A stretch of 64,000 bases of DNA from an uncultured Gammaproteobacteria bacterium (GCA_963797555.1 CAWCPV010000003.1:64001-128000), one strand, 5' to 3'. Shown: positions 39,633 through 51,557, numbered from the stretch's first letter. Translations and numbers: made by a program. The notes: generated by a model not told the origin, from the sequence alone.

Positions 39633-40256
39633 TCACGAAAGCCACGCCGCCGGCGGCCACACCTCGGGGGCCATGCCTGCTGCTGCGGCAAGCGCACCGA
39701 AGGCGGTCACCAGCTTGCGAAAGCTGCGGCACTGCCGGTACGCGCTCTCCAAGTCGAGATGCGCCGTCATTGGGGCCTGATCGACGGTGGCGGAATAGCT
39801 GGAGCCGGACCGCATGCGTCGCTCCAACTCGCCTTTGGCATCGCGAGGCGTCTCCGGATCGGCGTGTGATGCGGCGTCGGGGAGAACGCCGGACATACCG
39901 CGCAGTGTTTCGATGCTCGCGAGAAACCACGATTCGTACTCACGGTTTGCCATTACGACCACGCACGGTATCTGGCCCGCTGCTTCGCGCGCCCACCGTT
40001 CGAGCGTCGGCGCCAACTCTGCGGGGCAATCGTCGTCAGCGTCGAAAAGGACGAGTATCCCCGCGCAATCCTCTCGCAGCGCCGCAAGCTGGACCGCGCT
40101 CTGCAGGGAGTCCTTCTTCACCAACTGTGTGCGCCGTCGGCGGTGCGGCTTGCCGAACTCGAGGCCCCAAACCTGGGCTTCGTCCCGGAGTCGGCGCAGT
40201 AGCAGCGGAACGGCGGACTCATCGCCCTGTCCCTCGACGATCGGCTGGATGATCAT
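39633..40256 (-). CDS. DUF4276-family (TOPRIM-like) protein
   Basis: IVEGQGDE, LFDADDD, EYESWFLA, RSFRKL. Start overlaps the ATPase stop (ATGA). Confidence 0.8.
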   Translation of the reverse strand: MIIQPIVEGQGDESAVPLLLRRLRDEAQVWGLEFGKPHRRRRTQLVKKDSLQSAVQLAALREDCAGILVLFDADDDCPAELAPTLERWAREAAGQIPCVVVMANREYESWFLASIETLRGMSGVLPDAASHADPETPRDAKGELERRMRSGSSYSATVDQAPMTAHLDLESAYRQCRSFRKLVTAFGALAAAAGMAPEVWPPAAWLS

Positions 40257-41462
40257 GCGAAATCCTCGAACAGGTCACCCTGCCGGAGATTCGCCTGATC
40301 ATCGAACAAGGGCGCCGGGTCGAGCGCGTTCGAGCGCAGCAACTCGCCCGCGCCCATCAGATGATCTTGCAGCGCCTTGCGCGTCGAATCGGACACGGGC
40401 GCGACCCGTGTCGCCCCTTCGGTCCACTCCACGATGCGCAAGTGGCGATCGGTGATCCACTTCGCGTCGAGCAGTTCGGGGCTGTGCGTGGTAATGACGA
40501 CCTGCATATGTTTTGAAGCGTGGCGCAGCAGATCAAGCACCGACTCCAGCGCGCCGGGGTGTATGGTCGCCTCGGGCTCTTCCACCGCGATCAGCGACGG
40601 CACCGGCCTCTGGAACACCGCGGCCAGATAGTCCGATCGCGCGCAGGGTGCCGTCCGACATGCTGAACCCCTCGAACCTCAGGCGCTTCTTCTCGCCCCA
40701 TTCCTGTGTGAACTCGAGCGACAGGTTCTTGCCGTGCTTCTTCACCTGCACGCGTTTCGTGTTCGGAACGATGGTTGCGAGAATGTCCGAGATGCGCTGG
40801 AAATCGCCTTCCGACTGGCGCTCGATCTCCTTGAGCACGCTCGTCACGTTGGCACCGTCGGACTTGAGGCTCGTACCGCTGTCCGGCTCCTGCATCTCGC
40901 GCACCTTGCCGGGTTCGATGGCATACACCCGCATGGCCGCGAGGGTGCGCAGCACCGGTGCGAACTTCGCTTCACCGCCCACCAGCGGCAGACTGAGTGA
41001 GGCGGGGTCGAGCAAGGGATTCATGCCGCCGACGTTGGATGTGAACTTCGTACCGACGCGGTCGAACCACGAGCGGGCACCCTGCTCGAATGCGACCGAA
41101 CACTGCTCTCGCACTACAGAGAAACCGTAGTTCGGCAACGCCTTGACTTCGAACGCGTAAAAACCGGACACGGCCTTTCCATTCATGCGTCCGAAATCGA
41201 CGCGCAAACCGAGATTCGGCGGATAACTCCTGCCGGAGGAACGGTTGCGAATGACCGAGATACCTCCCGCCCTGTCGAATACCGCCTGGAGGGGCGACGC
41301 CATCGCCTCGGCCAAAAAAGAAAATACGCTAACGAGATTGCTCTTGCCCGAGCCATTGCGCCCGACAAATATGGTCGGGTTGTCGAACGTGATGCGCTCT
41401 GAAGGAATGCTACGGAAGCGCTTCACCACCAGTTGCTTAATCGTCGGGTCCATATTGCTCAC
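40253..41462 (-). CDS. AAA_21-type ABC ATPase; frameshift near 40625
   Basis: KRFRSI, VGRNGSGKSN, MSDGTLR, IAVEEPEATIHP, ITTHSPELL. GTG overlaps the methylase stop. Confidence 0.88.
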
Positions 41463-44400
41463 CTGGGCACAGCCAATAGCATCGCGTCGAGCAGGCGCTT
41501 CTCCTCGCTGCCCTTCGGATAAAGGGCCGAAAGGGCGTTGGCGAGCCGCAGGAAGTCGGGGCTGCGTTCCTGCTCGGCCTTGAGGAGCGCGCGCAGCGCG
41601 TTGGTGCGCCCGCCGGCCTGGAGCAGCATGGCCGCGTGGACGCGGTCGAGGGTCGTGGCCTCGCGGGCGGCGGTGAGGCTCTCGTCGGAAACCTCGGCGC
41701 CGCGCTCGCTTGCCGCGGCCGCGCGCGCCGCGCCCGCGGACCTGTGGGCGCAGCCTCCAGCTCGGGGAAGAGCAGCCCCTGGAGCGGGTTGCTGCCGAGC
41801 GCCGCCTCCTGTTCGAGACGCGCGGCGACGGCCTGCGCGCCGTCCTCGCCGAAGAGCTGCTTCGCGCGCTCGGCGATCGGCAGCAGGCGCACGACGCCCT
41901 TCTTGGTCTCGATGACGCGGCCTTCCCATTTCGGCAAGCTCGATGCCGAGCGGCTGCGCGAAGCGGCGCACCACGTCGAAGACGAGCGTGAAGCCCTTGG
42001 CCTTGCCGCGGGACGAGCCCTCTTCGTCTTCGTCGTCGTCCGACGGCTCCTCGTCCTCGCCCTCGTCGCCCGCGGCTTCCGCCGCCTCGCCGTTCGTGCT
42101 CTGCAGCGTCCACAGGAAGAGCGCGGTGAGCCGCGCGTCCTCCTCGACGCGCGCCGGCCAGCGCCGTTGCGGGCCTTGGCCTCGGCGGTGCCGAGCACCT
42201 GCGCGAGCGCGCTGCGGCCCACGACCTCCCAGACCTTCTCCAGGTACTCGGCGAGCTCGACCTCGCGCCCCTCGGCGGTCTCGACCTTCGCGTAGCGGCT
42301 GAAGATCTCGAGCGCCGGCCCGATGCAGGCGAAGACGAGGTCGGCGCCGCGCACGCCTTCGCCCTGCAGGCGCTCCATCCAGTCGCCGACGCGGTTCGGC
42401 AGCTCGCGCAGCACGTCCGCCCAGTCGCCGACCGGCGCATCGTCCGGGCGCGGGCGGCAGACGAGGTGGACGCTGGTGGCGAGGGCGGCAGACTCGCGCG
42501 CGCGCAGGCGCGCCGGCCGTCTCGGTTGCGATCGGCCAGAACCCGTGATCGTCCAGCCGCCGCGGATCATGCCGGAGAGAAGCGCCTCCCAGCCCTCGGT
42601 CGTCTTGTGGGCGAAGACGACGGAGCCGACGCCGTCCTCGCGCAGCACACGCCGCCCCTCCGCGAAGGCGCTTCGCCATCGCCATTCAAAGAAGCCTGGT
42701 CCTTCGGCCGGCCGTCGTCGATCTTGACCTCGTCCTGCACCGCCTCCCGCGCTTCGGCGTGAGCGGGTTCGCCGCGTCGAAGGGGTCGCGCAGGAGCGGA
42801 TGGCCCGGAAACGCGCGCTTCAGCCAGACGAAGAAGAAGTCCGAAAGATCGGCGTAGGGAATGGCATCGTAGTACGGCGGGTCGGTGAACCAAACATGCG
42901 CACGCCTCGTCTGGCAGCGGTGAGGCGTCAAGCATCGGCAACCTGCACCTGTCCGCTTCGGTTCACCCTCGGAAGTGCCCGTAGGACGCGAAGAACGTTT
43001 TCGAGCGGCCTCGAAGTTACCCGCCGGCTGCGCGAAGACGGCGCTTCCGCGAAGTCCCAGACGAACGGAATCACCTGGCCCCGTAAACATCGCGGTCGAC
43101 TTGTTTTCCGGACTGCGCCACCAACACAGTGAGCATTGCAGATAGTTGGCGAAACGACCAAGAGCCAACGCCAGATCTCGCGCACTGAGGATCGTCGGAC
43201 GAGACCTTCTCGATGGCGTCGCAAGTGTGAGCATCGCGAGCTTCTGGCGACAGAAAATAGGTCTCCCCATTGAAGCATCCCGTAACGTTGCACGCTGAAA
43301 GCGCGGCCAGCCCCCGAACCGCCGCCAGTCGGCGTGGGCTCATCCGGCACCGGCGAGAGCAGCCAAGTGGCTTCGAAAGGGCCTGTTCGAGCGCCGCTGC
43401 TGCATTTCTCACCGAAAGATAATCGGTGTCATCCGGAGATCTGAAAGATCGACCTTGGTTTCCCTGTCCCTGCGTCGCGACGGCAAGCAACCTCGCTCCG
43501 CCAGCTCTGCGGCCGTCAGCCCCGAACACCACGTCGGCTCCTCCACGCTGGCGGGCGAGCTGGGTCGGCACCCGTGGATTCATCTTGTTGCCGGGCAGGA
43601 CCTTCTTGCAGCAGGGACACACGACGTTCGCGTTGTTCCCAGATGCCTTCTGCCCTCGAGCTTCACGAATCCGTCCCCCGGCATCCTCGCCGCGTGCCCC
43701 GTGGCTACGTGAAGGGCGATCGGCCCACCATGAGGTGCGCATCGACAAGAGCGCAACGCACGGACCGTCGGACGCTTCCTTGAAGTAGCCGCGCGCGCGC
43801 AATTCCACGACGAGAGAGCCAAGGAGAGCGATAGATCGGAATCTCGGCCCCGCAGTCGGGGGCCTCGCAGCGAACAGTCCGTGCCCAGAGATAGGCGATG
43901 GGTTTCCTTCGGGCCGAGCCGTTCGTGTCTCCTTCATAGAAGCTCCCCAGCGCGTGCTCGGCTACCTGGCGAACGCGCCGGCCGGCCTCCTCCACGCGGT
44001 CAAGGAAATCGGGGGCGACCGCGGGATGTCCTCCAGCATCACCTTCAGGATGAACGCCGCAACCGGATTGAGATCACTCGCGAATACCTCGCAGCCGAGC
44101 CGCAACGCCTCCAGGGGAATCGAGCCGCCGCCCGAGAACGGGTCGACGACCAGCGGGGCACGTAGGCGCCGTCAGCGGCCTGGGCTTCACCCGCGCGCGA
44201 TCTCGAAATAGGGGCCGTTGGCGGCTAGGTCAAAGTTGGCGAAGTCGGCGATGAACTTCAGCAGTCCCCGGCGTAGCGCCTCGTCGGCATCGCCCGGCGA
44301 AGCCGAACCTGCCCCAGCAGGCCGCCGGCCTTGATTCTTGAAGACGGTCGGGCAATACGGGTCACAGGGGTCGGGCAGCAGCAGTGCCAGGAGCACTGCC

Positions 44401-44553
44401 CGGCAGGAAGCCAGGGGCCGCCGCGCCCACCACAGGTGCAGCGTGGAGGGATGGCCGTGCAGAGATGGAGCTTCTCCCGTGCGCATGCCTGCTCACCTCG
44501 GCGATCGGAAAGTCAACCTCGGCGAGACGCTTGCATTCCTTGGGAATCCCCAC
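41459..44553 (-). CDS. DUF1156-family adenine DNA methyltransferase (many frameshifts)
   Basis: [51 protein letters not shown] (read from 44050-44150), [30 protein letters not shown]. Confidence 0.88.
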
Positions 44554-44567
44554 GGCGCTCGATTCGA

Positions 44568-44807
44568 TCAGCCGTAGAAGCGCCGGCGAAGGTCCTGCTC
44601 TGCAACAAACCTGGCCGCCTGGCGGATTATGGCGCGGAGCGTGCCAGGGTCCAGCTCGCCATGCGCCGGCACCGTCAACGTCTGCATCCTTGCTTGCTGG
44701 CCCGCTTGAGTTTGATGTGACTGCCCCGCTGGGAGGCGACGGCAAAGCCGAGGCGCTGGAAGATCGCAACGACTCTCTGCGCTGGACAGCCTACGAAGCT
44801 TGGGCAT
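44568..44807 (-). CDS. hicA: HicA-family toxin (frameshifted)
   Basis: MPKLRRLS.., then shifted LGFAVASQRGSHIKL, then TLTVPAHGELDPGTLRAIIRQA. Confidence 0.8.
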   Translation of the reverse strand: MPKLRRLSSAESRCDLPAPRLCRRLPAGQSHQTQAGQQARMQTLTVPAHGELDPGTLRAIIRQAARFVAEQDLRRRFYG

Positions 44808-45036
44808 ACGCCGGCTCGATCTCCATCGTCACGATCAAGGTCGGCCGCTCGGCGAGCCCGAAGTCGGCTGCGCTCTCTCCTTCGAGATGGAGCGCCACGG
44901 CCTCTTGGAGGTTGCGAATGGTCTCGTCAACCGTCCGACCTTGTGTGACGACAGCGATCTCGACGCACTCGCCGACGAACCCTGACTCCTCACCGGGCCG
45001 GATGATCGCTTTTACCGTGCGTTGCAAATGCTTCAT
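44791..45036 (-). CDS. hicB: HicB-family antitoxin (no DNA-binding domain)
   Basis: GFVGECVEIAVVTQGRTVDETIRNLQEAVALHLE; GGAGG RBS. Confidence 0.85.
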   Translation of the reverse strand: MKHLQRTVKAIIRPGEESGFVGECVEIAVVTQGRTVDETIRNLQEAVALHLEGESAADFGLAERPTLIVTMEIEPAYAQAS

Positions 45037-45153
45037 AAGACCCTCCTTCATTCCGACTCCTGCAACTGCCAATGAATTGTGACCCTGCGATGCTGGCCAA
45101 CCAAGGAGCTGAAAGGCTTAAATCGTCACTTCCGGTCCCCCCCGCCATCGCCC

Positions 45154-48100
45154 CTACCCACCATAGCACGGCGCATCCGACTCCCCCACCTGCATCGGCT
45201 TCGTCATCGCGTCCACCGACAGGTAGTAATGTGCGACCTTCGTGACCTCGTTCCAGTCTAGCCGCGCTGGGTCGCGGATCGGCTCCTGGAGCCGAGGCGT
45301 CGTACCGCAGTCGGTGACGACATAGAGCCAGTAACAGTCTCTCCGGTCCTCGGCGACGCGGCGCTCGTTGGGCGTGAGCAGGATGGTGCCGGTCGCGGCG
45401 CCGAGCCCCTTCACCTCGATGAGCCGCAGCTCGCCCGAGGCGAGGTCGAGGCTCGTCACGTCGTAGCCGAGGTTTTTTTCGGAGACGTCGTAGACCTGGC
45501 GGCCCTGGGCGCCCTCGTGCTCCATGACCACACGCATCGCGATGGCCTCGGTCTCGAAATTCGGCTTCAGCCGTTGCACCTCCGGCGCCTCCCGCTCCGG
45601 GTGCGGCAAGACCAGCACGCTGGTCAGCCTCTCGACCGCCTGAAGGGTGAGCGAGCGTTGGCGTTCGAGGTCGGTGCGGCGCCGCTCGCGCCGTGCCAGC
45701 AGCTCTGCATGGCGCGCTTCGGCCTGCGCCAGTCGCCCCTCGGCCCCCTGATCCCCGCGCTCCTTGGCTTCCTGAGCACGCCCAATCTCGTCGTCGGCGC
45801 GCTGGAGCAGCTCGGTGAGCGAAAGCTCCACGTGGGCGCTCACTCGCTCGATCTCGGCGAGACGATCCTTCCGCGTCTCATCGAGGAACGGCGCCAGCGC
45901 TCGCTCGTGGAGCCAGCCCGTCGCCTCGGGCAGTGCCGCGACCGCGGGCATCTCGAACGGCGGAGCGGCCGGTGTGAAGTTGCCGACCAGGCCGGGCTCC
46001 TGCAGCCGCGGTTCGCCGCCGTCGCCGATCTCGACGGCGAAGAGGCGCTCGTGGATGACCTGCCCGAGCCCATCGACGACCCGCGCCCGGTAGAAGTCGA
46101 CACGCGTCGGGATGCTCGTGCTGCAGGGAGTGGAAGGCCGCACCCTTGCCGAGGACGTCGAACGCCTTCGCGTGGGTGTGACGGCGCATCGCCTCGAACA
46201 GCGGATGGCCCGGCGTCACCCACTCCAGCTTCTCGGTCTCTGCGGTGTCGCGGTCGGTGGAGAGCCGCGGGTAGCGGTCGGAGAGCGCCGAAAGCTTCCA
46301 GTCCGGGTCTTTCTCGTAGCGGCGCAGCACCGCGGGCGTGCGCGCCGGCTCGAAAGTGTGCGGCAGGTTCGGGACCATTTTGAGCGTGAGCGGCACGAAC
46401 TCGGCGGCCTCGCGCAGGAAGCGCGCGATGGTCTCCGGCACGACACGCCGTTCCTGCGCTCGGGCGCGCCGCTCGATGAGCATTTCCAGGTTGAGCTTCT
46501 TGCTCGCCAGCCCCTCCAGCGCGTTCTGGCAGATAGACCGGAACTGGCCTTCATCCACGTTGCGGAGCAGCCGGTCTTCGAGGTCGGCGTCGCCGAGCTT
46601 TCCGGCGTAGTAGTCGCGCAGCACGCGCTCCACGTGGGCGGCGGGCAGCACCTCGCCGACCACGTTGAAGACCGCGTCGTCGTCCAGCGCGTCGCGGATC
46701 TCTTGGAGCTTCTCCAGCAGCCGCTGCAGCACCTTGCCTTCGATGGTGTTGGTCGCGACGAAGTTGAAGATCAGGCAGTCCTTGCGCTGGCCGTAGCGGT
46801 GGATGCGGCCCATGCGCTGCTCGAGGCGGTTCGGGTTCCAGGGAATGTCGTAGTTGAAGAGGATGTTGCAGACCTGGAGGTTGATCCCCTCGCCCGCCGC
46901 CTCGGTGGCGACCAGGATCTGGATGGCGCCTTCGCGGAACTGCTGCTCCGTGTAGAGGCGCGTACCTGGCTCGTCGCGCGAACCGGACTTCATGCCGCCG
47001 TGGATGAAACCGACGCGAAAGCCCCAGTCCTTCAGTCGCGCCACGAGATAGACGAGCGTGTCCTTGAACTCGGTGAAGAGCAGCAGCCGCTGGTCGGGGC
47101 GGTCGAAGAACCCCTCTTTTTGGAGCAGGTCCCGGAGCTGGGCGAGCTTGGCCTCTGCGCCCGAATCCTCGACCTCCTGCGCTTGCGCCGCGATGCGTGC
47201 GAGCTCTTGCACCTCCGCTCGGACTTGGTCGGCGCTCGCGGCGAGCGTGACTGCTTCGAGCATCTCCTCGAGCCGCTCGCGCTCGGTTTCCTCCATCTCC
47301 TCCAGCTCTTCCGGGTCGGGCAGATCCGGGGGCGCCTGGCGGGCGAGTGTCTCTGCGCGCTTCAGCCCCTCTTCCAAGCGCCGCGCACGGTTCTCGAGCG
47401 AACGGCGCATGGCGTGGGTGCTCGATGCGAGCCGCCGCTGGTACAGCGACATCAGGAAACCGATGGCGCGTGCACGCGGATCCTCGCCCTCGGCGGCCGC
47501 GCGGGCGCTCTCGCGCTTCACGAAGCGCGTCACTTCCCGGTAGAGATCGAACTCCGCGCCGTCGATCTGGAAGTCCACCGTGCGCGGTATGCGCCGGGTG
47601 AAGATCGGTTGCGCCGCCCATGTTCCATCCGCACGGCGCTCCGGGAAATAGACCATCGCTTCCTTGGTGCGGCGCAGATAGAAGGGCGCACGGCGGCGGT
47701 CCATAGCCTGCCGGATGGACTTCACGTCGGCGTACGCGTCGGCGTCCAGGAGCTGCAGGAACAGGCTGAAGTTCAGCGGATCGCCCTTGTGGGGTGTCGC
47801 CGTGAGCAGGAGCAGGTGGTCCGCGGTATCGCGCAGCAACTCGCCCAGCTTGTAGCGCAGGCTCTTGTGCGACTCGTCCGCCGCCGACATGCGGTGCGCT
47901 TCGTCCACGATCACCAGGTCCCAGTGCACCTGGCGCAATCCAGGGAGGATGTCTGCGCGCTTGGCGAGATCGAGCGAAGTGATGATGCGGTTGCGGTCCA
48001 GCCATTGATTGACGCCGAACTGCTCGCGGATGTCCTGGCCCTTCATGACCAGGAACTTGGCGTCGAACTTCTCCTTCAGCTCGCGCTGCCACTGGAACGC

Positions 48101-48586
48101 GAGATTCGCCGGGCAGACGATGAGCATGCGCTCCGCGAGGCCCCGAAGCTCCAGCTCGCGGGCGAGCAGCCCCGCCATGATGGTCTTGCCCGCACCGGCG
48201 TCGTCCGCGAGCAGGAAGCGAACGCGCGCGAGCTTGAGCAGGTAGTCGTAGACCGCTTCGAGCTGATGCGGCAGAGGATCGACGCGCGAGATCGATAGCC
48301 CGAAGTAGGGGTCGAACTCGTAGGCGATGCCGAGTGCATAGGCCTGCAGGCCGAGACGGAGCAGGCGCCCGTCGCCGTCGAAAGAATGGCGCGCGTCGAG
48401 GATCGTGAGCTGATCGAGGTCCGCGGCCGTGAGCGTGACTTTGCGGAAGCGCTCGGTCTGCGTGCCGACCAGCCCGACGACCCAGCTCGCCGGGCCAGTC
48501 ACCTGTACCGTCTCGACCCGCATCGGCTCGTTGAACAGCGCGCCGGTGAGGATCTGGCCCGAACTGATGGGAGGCATGCGAGTCAT
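45154..48586 (-). CDS. SNF2/SWI2 helicase with C-terminal DUF3883-like nuclease; frameshift near 46110
   Basis: LLADDAGAGKT, IVDEAHRM, LTATPH, EGINLQ, EQRMGRIHRYGQ. C-terminal GYDVTS..LIEVKG..LTPNE. Confidence 0.92.
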
Positions 48587-48852
48587 CGTGCCGCGCCACG
48601 CATGACGTGTAACCTCTCGACCATCGATGCGTCCTGTTCTTGCTCTTTCGCCCCCGGCGCGGGCGGTTTGCACACGGCAGTACGCCGCATCCCCGGCCAA
48701 GGATGGTGAGCGCGCGCTGGGCTGTCAAGGCGGCAGTGCGGTCTGGTGGCCCACTGCGTGCCCACGGAGGCGAGACTTCCAATCCCTGGAGTACGCGGCG
48801 CCGTTGCCAAGCCGTAACGGGCCCCCTTTCCCGTATAACCTGCTGGCGAGAT

Positions 48853-49115
48853 GTCAGTTGCGGAGCTTCTCGGTACACAGTCTCGCACGCACAATGCGTC
48901 TGACCGCCACCAGATGCAGGCCGAAGTGCCCGGCGATCTCTCTGCGACTATACGCCCCCGTGCACGAGGACGACGATAGCCTCATGCCGGCCACGGCCCT
49001 TCTTCGCGATCACGTCCAGCGACGACGGTGGCCGGCGCTGAGCACGCGGGATGGTCATCTCGTCCGGCGCGCTCGCGTTCTGTTGTTTGCGCTCGACGAA
49101 TCTGTGGTCTCGCAA
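48853..49115 (-). pseudogene. C-terminal remnant of a REP-associated tyrosine transposase (RAYT-like)
   Basis: Manual translation: LRDHRFVE..IPRAQRRPP..EAIV, frameshift, TGAYSRREIAGHFGLHLVAVRRIVRA. This resembles the HTH tail of Y1 transposases. Confidence 0.6.
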
Positions 49116-49174
49116 TAGGCTAGGGTATAGTCAAGCGGCCTTTGGCCACGAGGACCGACGTCGAGGCCTGTCGC

Positions 49175-49753
49175 ATGCCACACGCCGAACGACTGGAACC
49201 TACGCTCTACGAGCAGTTGCAGGCGCTGCCGGAGAATCTCGTCGGCGAGATCGTCGGCGGCAGTCTGCACACGCAGCCGCGGCCCGCCGGACCCCATGCG
49301 CTGGCGAGTTCCAGTCTCGGCGCCGATCTCCACGCGGCCTATCAGCGCGGACGCGGCGGACCGGGCGGCTGGTGGATCATCGACGAGCCGGAGCTGCATT
49401 TTATCCGCGACACCCTGGTGCTGGTGCCGGACATCGCCGGGTGGCGGCGCGAACGCCTACCGCGAATCCCGCGTGATCAGCGATTCGAGGTGGCGCCGGA
49501 CTGGGTTTGCGAAGTGCTGTCGCCCGCCACGGCGAAGTCCGACCGAGTCGTCAAGATGCCCGTCTACGCGCAATACGCAGTGGCTCACCTCTGGCTGCTG
49601 GACCCTCTCGCACGCACCCTGGAAGCATTCGCCCTGAATGAAGGCAAATGGACCGTGGTCGGTCTGTTCAAAGACCAGGACGAGGTCCGCGTGGCACCCT
49701 TTGACGAGATCAGGCTCCCATTGGCGGATCTGTGGGTGGACGAGGCGGATTGA
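49175..49753 (+). CDS. Uma2 (DUF820) family endonuclease
   Basis: GEIVGG, WWIIDEPELH, VPDIAGW, PDWVCEVLSP, KMPVYA, WLLDP. Confidence 0.92.
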   Translation: MPHAERLEPTLYEQLQALPENLVGEIVGGSLHTQPRPAGPHALASSSLGADLHAAYQRGRGGPGGWWIIDEPELHFIRDTLVLVPDIAGWRRERLPRIPRDQRFEVAPDWVCEVLSPATAKSDRVVKMPVYAQYAVAHLWLLDPLARTLEAFALNEGKWTVVGLFKDQDEVRVAPFDEIRLPLADLWVDEAD

Positions 49754-49917
49754 CCGGAAAAGCCGAATACCGACCCGTTCGCGTCGGCAACGGCATCCGG
49801 CTCATCGTCCGCAAGACGGATTCCAGCCTGCTGGCGCGTTGACGGATTCAGGCCGGGTCGCCTGCGACCCCGTTGACCCGCGGCTGAAAAGCGGGTCCAT
49901 GACCCCCGTGACTCAAT

Positions 49918-51557
49918 CCTGATTCCGTGACTTCGCGTCTTAGCGGGTGGCTGCAACCTGCTGATTTATCGTGGCAGTTCGGGTAAAATCGGCCCGCACG
50001 CCCACTCACCCGGCAGGTGAACGATGAAAGCGGTTCATCCTGGAGCAGTCCGACGAAGAGTTCTACACCTCCCATTCCGGTCTGGCTCTGGTGGGTCTTT
50101 GCGTAAACCGCTTCAGCGGCCTGGGCAAGGCGCTCAAGCAGGCCATCCCGCTACGCCACGGCATTTCCCATGAAGACATAGCCAGGAGCTATCTGGGGTT
50201 GATGTGTTTGGGCAAGAGCGACTTCGAGGCGGTCGCCAACGTCCGAGGGGACGATTTTTTCCCCCAGGCGCTGGGGCTGGAGCGGGTGCCTTCGGCGGAA
50301 ACCTTGAGGCAGCGCCTCGATGAGCACGCAGCGCTCATGCGGGAGGTCATCGACGAGGCCGATATCGAGTTCATGGTCAACGCCAAAGTGCCGGTGAGCC
50401 CGCTCAAGACCGGCCATGTGCCGCTCGACATCGATGTGTTTCCCATGAACAACTCCGGGACCAAGAAAGAAGGGGTCTCGCGCACCTACCACGGCTATGA
50501 CGGTTATGCGCCGATCGCCGCCTATCTGGGAACCGAAGGCTGGGGGCTGGCCTGTGAGCTGCGTGAAGGCAAACAGCACTCCCAGAAGGAATTCCGCTAC
50601 GTCTGGGAGCGTATTTTGCCGCGGGCCCGGCGGCTGACCAAACTGCCGCTGCTGGTACGCCAGGACAGCGCCCATGACGCCTTGGAGAACCGGCTGCGCT
50701 ACCTCGAAGAGGAGGTGGACTTCATTATCAAGTGGAACCCCCGGGGCGAGGACCCTGGCGAGTGGCTGGAGCGCGCCGAGCGCCAAGGGGTATGGGAGAC
50801 CCCGCGCCCCGGCAAGCGCGTGGCGCTGTTCAGCGTCATCGAGGAGCACCTCCATCGGGAGCACACCTACCACGTTCGCCGGGTGATGCGGGTGACCGAG
50901 CGCACCATCGACAAGAGGGGCCAGGCACTGCTGGTGCCGGAGCTTGAGATCGAGGGCTGGTGGACCTCCCTGGCCTATCCGGACGAGGAGATCGTCGCCC
51001 TGTACCGGGACCACGGCACCTCCGAGCAGTTCCACGAGCCGAGTTCAAGACCGACCTCGATATCGAACGGCTGCCCTCCGGGAAATTCGACACCAATGAC
51101 CTGGTGCTCGCCTTTGCCGTGTTCGCCTACAACATCCTGCGCTTCATCGGACTTATCGGGCTGACCGGCGCGGCGGCTCCTCTTCGCCATCCAGCCAAGC
51201 GCAGGCGGCTCAAGACCGTCCTCCAGGAGCTGATGTACCTCGCCGCCCGGCTGGTGGCCACCGGCTCTGTCCCGGCTTTCGCGCCTTCGAACAGCTGTAT
51301 TACCAGCTCGCCTTCGGGTAGCTAGGACGACATCCCTAGAAACTCGACCCGGGCCTTACCAGGCCCCGGTGTAAACCTATGCCTGAAATTCAGCGCCAAA
51401 AGGTCAAAGCCCCGCCATCACTCCTGCGCCGACCAGGTTCCACGCCTGCTGTGCACAGCCGATGTCGCCAGCTGGCTAAACACTAACCAACTCAACTGAG
51501 AATACCTCCCATTATCCCGTGCCCCGGATGCCCAGAACTCGAAGTCACGGATCCAGG
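49918..51557 (+). mobile_element. IS1380-family insertion sequence (1640 bp); transposase ~50024-51325 with frameshifts
   Basis: TIRs CCTGATTCCGTGACTTCG / CGAAGTCACGGATCCAGG (16/18 match) and 5-bp TSD TCAAT on both sides. Motifs PLDIDVFPMNNSGTKKEGV, GYAPIAAYLG, HSQK, YRDHGTSEQFH, EFKTDLD. Confidence 0.93.

Noticed and set aside
35893-48586. Canonical BREX or DISARM call
   Set aside because: No PglZ, BrxL/BrxA/BrxB or DrmA/DrmB (DUF1998) genes recognised.
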